Assembly: GCA_963530895.1 (NCBI GenBank)
Contig: CAUSFO010000001.1
Location: forward strand, 203-64,202
Direction of reading: 5' to 3'
Length of the DNA stretch: 64,000 nucleotides
Origin: an uncultured Flavobacteriaceae bacterium
GTDB lineage: Bacteria > Bacteroidota > Bacteroidia > Flavobacteriales > Weeksellaceae
The stretch's first letter is position 1. The number at the start of each line of letters is the position of its first letter. Below are positions 20,018-29,871 of this stretch, piece after piece. The notes under the pieces were generated by a model. That model searched no databases, had not been told where the DNA came from, and was given only the letters and a program-made list of their open reading frames with translations. Both the position numbers and the translations under genes were made by a program.

Positions 20018-22087
20018 TTATTTTTTATGATTTTTGTAATGTTTCAGTCCGCATTCTAAGAATTTCTTGAAATCTTCTTTGTCCATGTATCCAGAAACAG
20101 GCGTGTTAATCACCTTATTATCAGGAGTTACCAGAACATAGTGCGGCTGGGAATTGTTCTCAAAATTTATCTGCTGAAACATACTCCATCTATCGCCTAT
20201 TGTTTTTATCTTCTTCATCTGTCCATTTCCCATGTCTATTTTCATCTGCTGGTCTTGTGGAAGTTCATCTTTATCATCTATATAAAGAGAAGCCAAAACC
20301 ACCTCGTTCTGAAGAATTGGTAAAATATCTGGCTGTGACCAAACGAATTCCTCCATTTTTCGGCAGTTTTCGCAGCCGTGACCCGTGAAGTCTATCAGGA
20401 TAGGTTTGTTTTCTTTTTTTGCTAATTCTATCGCTTCGAAATAGTCATGAATAGGGTGTATTCCCAAAATCCCATCCTTTTCATTATGAAAATAGCTCAC
20501 ATTGAGCGGCGGCAAAATTCCACTCAGCATAGAAAGTTTCGGTCTGTCGCTCGGTATCAATCCTTGAACTAAATACACCAAAAAGCCTATTCCAGCCGCT
20601 CCAAATAATTTTCTCGTAAGTGAAATTTTTGGTTTTTTATCATCATGTGGAAATCTTATCAATCCAAATAAATACAATACCAAACCAATGGTAAGAACCA
20701 CCCAAATGGCAATGAACAGCTCTCGTTTTATAAATGCTGTTTTTGCTACCAAATCGGCTTTAGAAAGGAATTTCAGCGCCAATCCCAGTTCTATGAATCC
20801 CAGCACTACTTTCAGCGTATTCATCCAGCCTCCTGACTTCGGCAAAGACTGTAATGCCTGTGGAAACAGCGCCAACAATCCGAAAACAATCGCCCAAGCA
20901 AAACCAAAACCTGCCAAAGCAAAAGTCAGCAGCATAGGAACATTAGACGACCCCGTAACAGCACTTCCCAGCAATGACCCTAGAATAGGCCCTGTACATG
21001 AAAACGAAACAATCACCAAGGTAAGCGCCATGAAGAATATTCCTACGATTCCTCCTGCCTCTTCGGCTTTTGAAGATTTATTGGCTATGGAACTTGGCAA
21101 CGCTATATCATAATATCCAAAAAAACTTCCCGCAAAGAAAACAAACACGATAAAAAATGCCAAATTAAGCCATACGCTGGTAGATATTTCATTAAAAATA
21201 TTTCCTGCAACGCCGCTTATTAGGTGAAATGGCAAACTAAGCAAAGTAAAAATCAACAGAATGAAGAAACCATAGAGAACAGCATCTCTTCTGCCCTTCG
21301 CTTTGTCTTTTGCTCCTTTGGTAAAAAAAGAAACCGTCAAAGGCACCATAGGGAAAACGCATGGCGTAAGCAAAGCAATAATCCCTCCAATAAATCCTAA
21401 AAATAGATAAGTCCAATAGCTCTCATCCGTATTCGCAGTCTGCTCTGTACCACACTGAACAAGAGGATTTTTATAATCAAACCCTTGTATTTTTAGGTTT
21501 TTCGTGTCTAATTTTTGGTTTTCAGCCAATGTCTGCGAAGCCTGTGTTTCATCTGTGGATGTATCTTTCGGAGTTTCGGAATTTTCTTTTTTGTCTAAAA
21601 TTTCTTCGTCCTTTATATCACTTCCCTCTATCTTTATTTGATGCTGAAGCTCAATGGTATTGGGCGCAAGACAAACTCTGTCATCACAGGTTTGATAAGT
21701 AATTTCTGCTGAAACATTGGTAGATTTTTTAGCATCTTTTAGTTTGAATTTTTGTTTAAAAGACACTGTATTAGAATAATAGACTATTCTAGCACCAAAC
21801 GCCTCCGAAAACTCATCTATTTTTTTTCCTACCTCGGTTACCTTTCCTATGGGTTCTATATTTTTCCCTAAAAGTTTCATCTCTGTGGGAATACCGCTGT
21901 CTTCAGGAATATCTTTAGAGTAGATATGCCATCCGTTTTCTAATTTTGCTATGAGGATGGCTTCGTATTCATTTTCGCCTAATTTATTGACTTCTAGTTT
22001 AAATTTTACTGGGTCTTTTATCTGAGCATAAACTCCTGTTATGATAACACTAAAAAGAACAAGTAAAAGCTTTTTTATGTTTTGCAT
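20018..22087 (-). CDS. dsbD: thiol:disulfide interchange protein DsbD family (cytochrome c biogenesis transmembrane protein with thioredoxin domain)
   Basis: 689 aa. Signal peptide, N-terminal DsbD-alpha-like domain, TM core with CVFPMVPL, and a C-terminal thioredoxin fold with a CENC active site. Confidence 0.88.
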   Translation of the reverse strand: MQNIKKLLLVLFSVIITGVYAQIKDPVKFKLEVNKLGENEYEAILIAKLENGWHIYSKDIPEDSGIPTEMKLLGKNIEPIGKVTEVGKKIDEFSEAFGARIVYYSNTVSFKQKFKLKDAKKSTNVSAEITYQTCDDRVCLAPNTIELQHQIKIEGSDIKDEEILDKKENSETPKDTSTDETQASQTLAENQKLDTKNLKIQGFDYKNPLVQCGTEQTANTDESYWTYLFLGFIGGIIALLTPCVFPMVPLTVSFFTKGAKDKAKGRRDAVLYGFFILLIFTLLSLPFHLISGVAGNIFNEISTSVWLNLAFFIVFVFFAGSFFGYYDIALPSSIANKSSKAEEAGGIVGIFFMALTLVIVSFSCTGPILGSLLGSAVTGSSNVPMLLTFALAGFGFAWAIVFGLLALFPQALQSLPKSGGWMNTLKVVLGFIELGLALKFLSKADLVAKTAFIKRELFIAIWVVLTIGLVLYLFGLIRFPHDDKKPKISLTRKLFGAAGIGFLVYLVQGLIPSDRPKLSMLSGILPPLNVSYFHNEKDGILGIHPIHDYFEAIELAKKENKPILIDFTGHGCENCRKMEEFVWSQPDILPILQNEVVLASLYIDDKDELPQDQQMKIDMGNGQMKKIKTIGDRWSMFQQINFENNSQPHYVLVTPDNKVINTPVSGYMDKEDFKKFLECGLKHYKNHKK

Positions 22088-22113
22088 TTTATATTATTTC
22101 TTCTGTTAATATT

Positions 22114-23955
22114 TTATTCAAGATCTTGTAATTCCACGAGCTTTTTATAAGCTCCATTTTTGTCCATTAGCTCTTTGTGAGTTCCCTGTTCTAGTATCAT
22201 TCCTCGTTCCATCACTACTATCCAGTCTGCTTTTTGGATTGTAGAAAGACGGTGGGCGATAACCAGTGAGGTTCTGTTCTCCATCATTTTTTCTAATGCT
22301 TCCTGCACGAATCTCTCGCTCTCGGTATCCAGTGCGGAAGTTGCCTCATCTAGAATCATAATCGGAGGATTTTTCAGCACGGCGCGGGCGATGGAAACCC
22401 TTTGTTTTTGTCCGCCAGAGAGTTTATTCCCATCATCGCCTATATTGGTATCATACCCATCAGAAAGATTGGTGATGAAATCATGGGCGTTGGCGATTTT
22501 TGCGGCTGCTTCTACTTCTTCTCTATCCGCATCTGGTTTACCCATGAGAATATTGTTATAAACGCTGTCATTGAACAATACAGACTCCTGAGTAACCATT
22601 CCTATCATTTGTCTATAATCCCTTACTTTTAGGTCTTTTATATTATTTCCATCTATCAGGATTTCTCCCTCTGTGGCATCATAAAATCTGGCTAAAAGAT
22701 TGGCAATCGTGGTTTTTCCACTTCCACTTTGTCCCACCAAAGCAACTGTTTTTCCTCTTGGAATAGTTAAATTAAAGTTCTTCAGGATGGTTCTTTCTTC
22801 ATTATAATAAAATCCTACATTCTTAAACTCTATGTTGTTTTCTAATGTCTGGATAGAAATAGGATTTTCTTTTTCGTCTATCTTGATATCTGCATCTAGA
22901 ATCTCTATCACACGCTCCAGCGCCGGCCCTCCCTTTTGTATGGTAGAAATGGAATTTGCTAAACTCTTAGCTGGAGGCAGGATTTGGAAAAACATCGCTA
23001 AAAAAACCAAAAACTCCTCAGGCGAAAGACTTTGGTTTTCAATGATTTGTTTCCCTCCATACCATGTGATTATCAGGAAAGTAATAGAACCCAAAAACTC
23101 ACTCATCGGAGAGGCAAGTTCTCTTTTTTTACCTACGCCTACTGCGGCATTCAGCCACTTATTGATAGAAGTCGTGAAACGATTGTTTAGCAATTTATCT
23201 GCATTAAAAATCTTAATAACCTTCGCGGATTTTAGAGTTTCATCTACAATAGAAAAAATATTTCCCATCTCAGTTTGGGCTTCGTGGGCTTGTTTTTTTA
23301 GGCTTTTCCCTATCAGTGCTATCAGAGTTCCCATCACTGGCAAAACTAATAAAGTGAAAAATGTAAGCCCTGGACTTAGATAAAACAAAGTAATCAGCGT
23401 GCTTATGAGCATAAAAGGAGAATTAACCAGCTCTACTAAACTGCCCAAAATACTTCCTTCCACATCTCCCACATCATTAGACATTCTAGACATCATATCT
23501 CCTTTTTTTTGTTCTGTAAAAAACGAAACAGGAAGTGTCAAAATCTTCTGATACATAGAAGTACGAAGGTCTTTGGCTACACCTACACGATAATAAATAA
23601 GCATCAAAGAACCTATGTAACGGAAAATATTTCTTGCAAAAAATGCAAATGCCGTGATGACACATAACCACGCCAAAACCGTCAAAGCTCCATGCTCTTT
23701 CGCATTTACCTCTACCAAATAGTATGCATAATCCTTCAAATAGGAAAAATAATCTGACATATTCCCGCTATATACAGGCTCTACGGCTGGTTTTTTGTTA
23801 CTAATAGTTCCAAAAAGCATTCCCAAAACAGGAAGTATAGTTCCCGCAGATGCTATCTGAAAAACGGAATAAAGAATATTAAAAAATAAACTCCCGAAAA
23901 TATATTTTTTATGAGGGTTGGCAAATGCCAAGATTCTTCTATAAGGATTCATCAA
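22114..23955 (-). CDS. ABC transporter, fused permease/ATPase (MsbA-like exporter)
   Basis: 613 aa. Six-TM domain, Walker A GQSGSGKTT, signature LSGGQKQR, Walker B IMILDEATSALD. Confidence 0.9.
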   Translation of the reverse strand: MMNPYRRILAFANPHKKYIFGSLFFNILYSVFQIASAGTILPVLGMLFGTISNKKPAVEPVYSGNMSDYFSYLKDYAYYLVEVNAKEHGALTVLAWLCVITAFAFFARNIFRYIGSLMLIYYRVGVAKDLRTSMYQKILTLPVSFFTEQKKGDMMSRMSNDVGDVEGSILGSLVELVNSPFMLISTLITLFYLSPGLTFFTLLVLPVMGTLIALIGKSLKKQAHEAQTEMGNIFSIVDETLKSAKVIKIFNADKLLNNRFTTSINKWLNAAVGVGKKRELASPMSEFLGSITFLIITWYGGKQIIENQSLSPEEFLVFLAMFFQILPPAKSLANSISTIQKGGPALERVIEILDADIKIDEKENPISIQTLENNIEFKNVGFYYNEERTILKNFNLTIPRGKTVALVGQSGSGKTTIANLLARFYDATEGEILIDGNNIKDLKVRDYRQMIGMVTQESVLFNDSVYNNILMGKPDADREEVEAAAKIANAHDFITNLSDGYDTNIGDDGNKLSGGQKQRVSIARAVLKNPPIMILDEATSALDTESERFVQEALEKMMENRTSLVIAHRLSTIQKADWIVVMERGMILEQGTHKELMDKNGAYKKLVELQDLE

Positions 23956-24000
23956 ATAAAAATTTCAACTGACCAAATTACAATTTTTTTTCCTATACAA

Positions 24001-24027
24001 AAAAACCAGCCCAAAAGACTGGTTTTT
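24001..24027 (-). terminator. putative rho-independent terminator downstream of the DUF4293-like gene
   Basis: The minus strand reads AAAACCAG-TCTTTTGGG-CTGGTTTTTTT. Confidence 0.5.
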
Positions 24028-24051
24028 CACTCAAAATAAATCGTTGCATAG

Positions 24052-24429
24052 CTATCGGAGTCTGTCTACAGATTTTACAAGCCTCTCATCTCTACGGATA
24101 TTTTTATTTGCCATAAATAAAAACACAATAGAAATCAGCGGAAATATCGGCTCAATACCTTTCTCAGGAAAATCCATTCCTCCAGGTAAATTTAGTAACC
24201 AATAAACCAATAAACCTATCAACAAAGCGTTTATAACAATACTGAAATTATTCAGCAGTATTTGTTTTCTTCTATTTTTGTACATAAAAATACAGATGAA
24301 TTCCAGCACTCCCAAAAATCCTGCTCCGCCCAAAAACCCTGGAATTTCAACATCTTTTGATGTCAAAAAAAGTCCTCCAGTGGCAAGCACTGCGACAAGG
24401 ATAAATATAGTCTGTATTCTTTGTAACAT
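24052..24429 (-). CDS. small multi-pass membrane protein (DUF4293-like)
   Basis: Start trimmed to MLQRIQTIFILVAVLATGG. Four hydrophobic segments. Family assignment from recall. Confidence 0.6.
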   Translation of the reverse strand: MLQRIQTIFILVAVLATGGLFLTSKDVEIPGFLGGAGFLGVLEFICIFMYKNRRKQILLNNFSIVINALLIGLLVYWLLNLPGGMDFPEKGIEPIFPLISIVFLFMANKNIRRDERLVKSVDRLR

Positions 24430-24580
24430 GTTGCAAAAGTAAAATAATTTTTTGTATTTATCAAAAATAGTGTAGATTTGCAGCATATTTTTCGATTAGA
24501 GGAGCAGTGGAATTCTATCATTTGTTCCTATTTACATCTTAATTTTACATTGATTTTAATTACATTTACTAAATATTTAT

Positions 24581-26233
24581 ATGTTTAACATTGAAAGCCT
24601 ACAGTCAAAATCTACAACAGAATTGACTAAAATTTGTAAAGATTTAGGCATTAAAGTAGCAAGAAACAGCACAGAAAATGATAAGGTTTTCGCTATTCTT
24701 GACTTTCAAGCTGCAAATCCCAAAGTAGCAAAAGAATACTATAATGCAACTGAAGAAAAACCCGATAACACGACTGAAAACCAAACTCCAGAGAAAAAAA
24801 CTACTAAAAGAAAAAGAGTAGAAAAACCTGCAGAAGAAAATATTTTGGACAAAAAAGAAGAAACAGAATCAAAAACCGAAAAACCTGCAAAAGAGGAGAA
24901 AAAAACCACTCCAAAAACTAAAAAATCACCTAAAAATAGAAAAGAAAAAGAAGCTAATATTCCTACTTCGGCAGTAGAGGAAAATATTTCGGAAGAGAAA
25001 ACCAATGAAGGAGAAAAACCTCTAAAAAAGAAAAACAAACAAAAAGAAAACTCAAAACAACCTGAAAACAAAGAACCCGAAAACGAAGAGCAAAATCCTC
25101 CTAAAAAGGAATTTAATTTTGACAATATTGTAATCGTAGAGGGTGTTTTAGAGATTCTTCCTGATAACTATGGATTCCTCCGTTCTTCGGATTTCAATTA
25201 TATTTCTTCTCCAGACGATGTATTTGTCTCTACCAACCAAATCAGAAACTATGGTCTAAAAACTGGTGATACTGTGAAAGGTATCGTCCGACTCCCAAAA
25301 GAAGGAGAAAAATATTTTTCGCTCCAAAAAGCATTGGAAATAAATGGCAGAGACCTGCATTTCATAAAAGACAGAGTAGCTTTTGAATATCTTACTCCGC
25401 TATTCCCACAAGAGAAATTTAATTTAACTGGAAAAAATTCCACACTTTCTACCAGAATAGTAGATCTATTCGCTCCAATAGGAAAAGGACAAAGAGCAAT
25501 GATAGTAGCCCAGCCTAAAACAGGGAAAACCATGCTCCTGAAAGACATCGCTAATTCCATCTCGGCAAATCACCCAGAAGCCTATATGATGATTCTTCTG
25601 ATAGATGAAAGGCCAGAGGAAGTAACTGATATGCAGCGAAGTGTGAATGCAGAAGTAATCGCTTCTACCTTTGATGAAGCAGCAGAAAAACATGTGAAAG
25701 TAGCCAATCTGGTTCTGTCAAAAGCCCAAAGAATGGTAGAATGTGGACATGATGTGGTAATTTTACTAGATTCTATCACTCGTCTGGCGAGAGCCTATAA
25801 TACGGTAACTCCTGCCTCTGGGAAAATCCTCTCTGGTGGAGTGGATGCCAATTCACTTCACAAACCAAAAAGATTTTTCGGAGCGGCTAGGAAAATAGAA
25901 GGCGGCGGTTCTTTGACCATCATCGCTACAGCTCTGATAGATACAGGTTCTAAAATGGATGAGGTGATTTTTGAAGAATTCAAAGGAACAGGAAATATGG
26001 AACTCCAGCTGGATAGAAAAATCGCCAATAAAAGGGTTTTCCCTGCAGTGGATTTGGTGGCTTCCAGCACGAGAAGGGACAACCTGCTGCATGATGAAAC
26101 CACTCAGCAGAGAATGTGGATTCTGAGAAAATATCTTTCTGATATGAATCCCGTAGAAGCTATGGAATTTGTAGAAAAACAAATGAAAGCAACTCTGAAC
26201 AACGAAGAATTCCTAATGTCTATGAACAAATAA
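24581..26233 (+). CDS. rho: transcription termination factor Rho with Lys/Glu/Pro-rich N-terminal insertion
   Basis: 550 aa. Rho N-terminal helical motif ([18 protein letters not shown]), cold-shock-like RNA-binding part ([14 protein letters not shown]), Walker [10 protein letters not shown] low-complexity insert of about 125 aa sits between the first two. Confidence 0.95.
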   Translation: MFNIESLQSKSTTELTKICKDLGIKVARNSTENDKVFAILDFQAANPKVAKEYYNATEEKPDNTTENQTPEKKTTKRKRVEKPAEENILDKKEETESKTEKPAKEEKKTTPKTKKSPKNRKEKEANIPTSAVEENISEEKTNEGEKPLKKKNKQKENSKQPENKEPENEEQNPPKKEFNFDNIVIVEGVLEILPDNYGFLRSSDFNYISSPDDVFVSTNQIRNYGLKTGDTVKGIVRLPKEGEKYFSLQKALEINGRDLHFIKDRVAFEYLTPLFPQEKFNLTGKNSTLSTRIVDLFAPIGKGQRAMIVAQPKTGKTMLLKDIANSISANHPEAYMMILLIDERPEEVTDMQRSVNAEVIASTFDEAAEKHVKVANLVLSKAQRMVECGHDVVILLDSITRLARAYNTVTPASGKILSGGVDANSLHKPKRFFGAARKIEGGGSLTIIATALIDTGSKMDEVIFEEFKGTGNMELQLDRKIANKRVFPAVDLVASSTRRDNLLHDETTQQRMWILRKYLSDMNPVEAMEFVEKQMKATLNNEEFLMSMNK

Positions 26234-26235
26234 AA

Positions 26236-26262
26236 AAAACCTCGGAAATTCCGAGGTTTTTC
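26236..26262. terminator. bidirectional rho-independent terminator
   Basis: AAAACCTCGG-AAATT-CCGAGGTTTT between rho (+) and the esterase gene (-). Confidence 0.7.
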
Positions 26263-26274
26263 GTTTTAGGAGTT

Positions 26275-27783
26275 TTATTTTGTTGAGATTTTATCTATCC
26301 ATTCGAAAAGTTCTTCCAAATCATAGTCGCCTCTGTGTACTATGTCCCAAGGCATAGCAAAATCTACAGCTTTTTTATGATTTCTAAGAGTAGTCGCTAG
26401 AATTGTAGAAATCGCAAGGGAAGTATCCGCATCTTTGGCGCCGTGTCTTATTCTCCAGTTTTGAGTGGAGGTGTTTTTAATGAAATTCATCGGATTCATC
26501 ATTTTTACGATATCCGCATCCGCCATTTGGGCTTTTGTATATTCATATGTTCTGGCTCCACCTTCGACAGGATATTCCGTTATGAAAAACTTGGCTGTAT
26601 TATTATCAAAAGAAAATTTTGTAAAGTGTTTATTATCAACCGTTAAATCTCCAAACAAATTGTTTTCTCCAGCAGATAAATCCAAGGCATCAAACGCAGG
26701 AGCGGATTTACTTCTAGAAAGATATTCTTTGGAATAAGTTTTAAAATCCAGCCCTACTACTTTTTTATTTTTAAACTCAAGCCAAGAATATTTACTCAAA
26801 TCATTTCCTTCCGAGATGGCTTTATTAGCTGAATTTATCACAAATTTTTTCACATATTCTTTGAATGTTCCTTCTCCTTTATCATTGAGCGTCAATGTTT
26901 TTCCGTTTTCATCTTTTAGTTTTAAGGAATTCACATATTTAGGAAACATGGAAGCTAATTTGGGCTGAACAGCGATTTGTTCCTCAGTCAAGGTTTCTGT
27001 GAATATCTCAATATAACCAGGATGGACAAGATTTATTACCTTATAATCCTTCACATGTCCATACTGCCATTCGTAGGCTGCATCAGCATTGTCAAGATTG
27101 GTAATTGGGCAATACGCAGAGACCGCAAAAATATCATCTCTCGCAGCAGCAGCGCCTAATTCATTCAAGTAAGAATGATAAATTTTCTGATTTCCACTCG
27201 CTCCCAAAAGCGCAGAAAGGGCTCCGCCTGCGCTTGTCCCATTAGAAATGATTTTTTCGGCATTACCCGGCATTATTTTATCATTAAATCTAAGATACCT
27301 CACCGCCGCCTTCAAATCTACTATCGCAGCAGGAGCTTTGCCAATGTATTGTGCTTTATCATTAGTAAGTTTACGCCCTCTTACTCCTGGAGATGCCACT
27401 ACGTAGCCTTTGGACAGGGCGACAAGGATAGCATTGTCCTTGCCTGTTCTTCGGTCTTTTATTGGCTCTCCTGCTTGTGAGGACATATATCTACCTACAT
27501 CATTTGGGAGGAAAATAGGCGCTGTATCAGCATTATACTTTCTGATGTTTTTCCCTTCATAGTATTCCACAGGGATATAAATGTTCATACTCTGATATCG
27601 TACATCCACAGGATGGCTGACATAGACTACATCTTCGTAAGCCCTGAAAGAAATTTCTTTTCCTGCGACCTGAGCCGTTTTTACAGTGTATTTTTCTGAA
27701 TCAAAATTCAGAGAATACTCTTTGGACTGGGCGTGCATCATAGAAGCCGCCACTACCATAATTCCTATTGCTGTTTTTTTCAT
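26275..27783 (-). CDS. secreted alpha/beta hydrolase, subtype-B tannase-like (tannin acyl hydrolase family)
   Basis: 502 aa. Signal peptide. Nucleophile elbow ISNGTSAGGALSALLGASGN, DDIFAVSAYCPITNL and WRIRHGAKDADTS...PWDIVHRGDYDL closely resemble the Lactobacillus plantarum tannase as I recall it. Confidence 0.7.
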   Translation of the reverse strand: MKKTAIGIMVVAASMMHAQSKEYSLNFDSEKYTVKTAQVAGKEISFRAYEDVVYVSHPVDVRYQSMNIYIPVEYYEGKNIRKYNADTAPIFLPNDVGRYMSSQAGEPIKDRRTGKDNAILVALSKGYVVASPGVRGRKLTNDKAQYIGKAPAAIVDLKAAVRYLRFNDKIMPGNAEKIISNGTSAGGALSALLGASGNQKIYHSYLNELGAAAARDDIFAVSAYCPITNLDNADAAYEWQYGHVKDYKVINLVHPGYIEIFTETLTEEQIAVQPKLASMFPKYVNSLKLKDENGKTLTLNDKGEGTFKEYVKKFVINSANKAISEGNDLSKYSWLEFKNKKVVGLDFKTYSKEYLSRSKSAPAFDALDLSAGENNLFGDLTVDNKHFTKFSFDNNTAKFFITEYPVEGGARTYEYTKAQMADADIVKMMNPMNFIKNTSTQNWRIRHGAKDADTSLAISTILATTLRNHKKAVDFAMPWDIVHRGDYDLEELFEWIDKISTK

Positions 27784-27911
27784 TTGACTAATTGTTTATA
27801 CGAATAAAATTAAATAAAATTCTACTTAAAATATATCTCAAAGTTAATGCATATATTTCAATCATTGATAAAATCTCTTGGGAAAATTGATTATAATATT
27901 TGATTTTTATT

Positions 27912-27919
27912 TACTTTTG
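27912..27919 (+). promoter_or_regulatory. -7 box (TAnnTTTG) upstream of the superoxide dismutase gene
   Basis: TACTTTTG lies 25 nt upstream of the ATG at 27945. Confidence 0.4.
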
Positions 27920-27944
27920 GCGGAATTTTTAAATAGAATATATT

Positions 27945-28538
27945 ATGTCATTTAACTTACCTAAACTAGATTATGCATACGATGCACTAGAACCTACAAT
28001 AGATGCCCAAACTATGGAAATCCACCATACGAAGCATCATCAGGCGTATATAGATAATCTTAATAAAGCCATAGAGGGAACCAACCTAGAAGGGAAAAGC
28101 ATAGAAGAAATCTGCAAGGTGGCAGATGCACCCGCGCTGAGAAACAATGGAGGAGGACACTATAACCACTCTCTTTTCTGGGAAATTCTAACTCCCAACG
28201 GCGCAAAAGAACCTGTGGGAAATGTGAAAAAAGCAATAGAAAACTATGGAGGTTTCGAGAAATTCAAAACTGATTTTTCAGAGGCTGCTAAGACAAGATT
28301 CGGTTCTGGATGGGCTTGGCTGTGTAAGAAAGAAAACGGCGAAGTAGAAATCTGCTCCACTCCGAATCAGGACAACCCGCTGATGCCGAATGCTGGCTGC
28401 TCTGGAACGCCTATTCTAGGGATAGATGTCTGGGAACATGCATATTATCTAAATTACCAAAACAGAAGACCAGACTACATCAGTGCATTTTTTGAAGTTA
28501 TTAACTGGGACAAAGTAGAGGAACTTTACAACAAATAA
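27945..28538 (+). CDS. Fe/Mn superoxide dismutase
   Basis: 197 aa. HHTKHHQAY and DVWEHAYY metal-ligand motifs. Confidence 0.95.
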   Translation: MSFNLPKLDYAYDALEPTIDAQTMEIHHTKHHQAYIDNLNKAIEGTNLEGKSIEEICKVADAPALRNNGGGHYNHSLFWEILTPNGAKEPVGNVKKAIENYGGFEKFKTDFSEAAKTRFGSGWAWLCKKENGEVEICSTPNQDNPLMPNAGCSGTPILGIDVWEHAYYLNYQNRRPDYISAFFEVINWDKVEELYNK

Positions 28539-28614
28539 AAAAGTAAAAATTGGGATGAATTTTATATGAATTTGTTCCATTTTTTTTATTAAATTTAAAC
28601 AAAAATTTATTGTA

Positions 28615-29322
28615 ATGAAAAATAAGATTTATTTTTGGATGATAGGTCTAGTGATGACCTTGGTTTCGTGTAATGTGAATGCTGATATTACCCTGCACAA
28701 AGACAAAACACAGAGTATAAAAATGGACATCGATGGGAAAGAAGCAGCGAAAATCTTTAAAGATGAGAATAAGAAGGGTAAGAAAGATAAAGATGACCTC
28801 CCAAAAGAATGGACCAGCTTATATGAGATGAACCTAAAAAAGGATAAAAAAGAAAGAATCACCGCTCCAGACACCATAGCAGTAATGAAAAAAATATATG
28901 TAAAAGGCAGCTATGATAAGGATGATCTGACAGATATTTCCTTTAAAACTGATAAACTGACTAATAAAGAATTGTCCATTATGTTCAATAAAAAAGAGGA
29001 AAAATCCTTACCAATTCTTGATTTGTTCTCCAGAAATGAATGGGACGGAAAAACTTTAAAAATAAATACTTCTGTATTAAATGATATACTTGTCAAAAAA
29101 AATAAAGATCAAGAATCTGATTTAGATTGGATGATATTTACTAAAGACTATCGGGTAACTTTCCATTTCAATTCGGAAATAAAGAAAATAGAAGGAAAAC
29201 ATGATTTGGTAAGAAAAGTAAATAACAACATGGTAGAAATAAAGTTTAATATAGATGATGTAAGGAAAAAAGGATTTAAATTCAAAAACGATGATTCTTT
29301 TATAACAATTGCTACGAAATAA
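28615..29322 (+). CDS. hypothetical lipoprotein
   Basis: 235 aa. Signal plus lipobox (MTLVSCN), Lys/Asp-rich. Family not recognised. Confidence 0.55.
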   Translation: MKNKIYFWMIGLVMTLVSCNVNADITLHKDKTQSIKMDIDGKEAAKIFKDENKKGKKDKDDLPKEWTSLYEMNLKKDKKERITAPDTIAVMKKIYVKGSYDKDDLTDISFKTDKLTNKELSIMFNKKEEKSLPILDLFSRNEWDGKTLKINTSVLNDILVKKNKDQESDLDWMIFTKDYRVTFHFNSEIKKIEGKHDLVRKVNNNMVEIKFNIDDVRKKGFKFKNDDSFITIATK

Positions 29323-29348
29323 AAACCAAGCTAAATAGGTGCTTTTCA

Positions 29349-29384
29349 TCAGGTTCAGCCTCAAAAACTGAATCTGATTTTTTT
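29349..29384 (+). terminator. rho-independent terminator after the lipoprotein gene
   Basis: TCAGGTTCAG / CTGAATCTGA (one G-U pair), followed by a T7 run. Confidence 0.6.
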
Positions 29385-29833
29385 ATCAACAATGTCTGTG
29401 GCTAATGAGGAAAAACTACCTTTATTCCATGTGGAAAACTTCCAAGAAAAAATATTTTGAAATCCGAAATAAAATTCTAATGAGAAAAATTTTCCCACCA
29501 ATCAAGAATTATTTTCAAATAAAAACATTTGTTTTTGAATAGGTTTATTCACATTACACTTGGTCACATTGTCTTTATTTCAGACTTATTCACGAATGTT
29601 GATAAGCTGTTTTATAAATTTAGAATCAATGCTTTATGATGTGAATTATCTATGAATTTCAGCTAAAATATTTGTGCTAAACTTTCATAAAAAATTTATC
29701 CACTAAACCCAGCTCTATAACAATATACATCATATATCTTTTTTAAATTAAATAGAAAAAATGAATATTGTAATAGTGTGGTGCTTGGGGAATTTTTTGT
29801 CGGCTAAAATTTTTATTGGACGAATTTATAATT

Positions 29834-29841
29834 TAACTTTG
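29834..29841 (+). promoter_or_regulatory. -7 box (TAnnTTTG) upstream of pgk
   Basis: TAACTTTG lies 30 nt upstream of the ATG at 29872. Confidence 0.4.
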
Positions 29842-29871
29842 CAGAAAGTAATCAAATAAAAATATATACAT

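Noticed and set aside
20688-21113. 141-aa plus-strand ORF. Similar cases: 12073-12501(-), 10200-10619(-), 48460-48873(+), 61425-61793(+), 17373-17732(+), 2230-2544(-), 19453-19825(+)
   Set aside because: Each lies antisense within a confidently identified gene (dsbD, porW-like, kdsC/maf, rnhA, histidine kinase, rnr, panB, rpiB) and has no independent support.
22832-23383. 183-aa ORF on the plus strand
   Set aside because: It is antisense inside the ABC transporter gene, which has unambiguous Walker and signature motifs. This is a shadow ORF.
24739-25125. 128-aa S/F/G-rich ORF on the minus strand
   Set aside because: It is the mirror image of the Lys/Glu-rich low-complexity insertion of rho. 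It is open only because the purine-rich coding strand lacks stop complements.
27857-27876. Fur-box-like sequence (TTCAATCATTGATAAAATC) in the divergent promoter region of sod and the esterase gene
   Set aside because: Only the central AATGAT/ATCATT core matches the 19-bp Fur consensus. AT-rich DNA gives such partial matches by chance, and the Bacteroidota Fur/PerR motifs are not well enough known to me to support the call.
29405-29542. 45-codon ORF (MRKNYLYSMWKTSKKKYF...) in the long pgk upstream spacer
   Set aside because: It is a highly basic AT-driven sequence with no promoter box in front. It is most likely a chance ORF. The spacer itself is reported as a finding.
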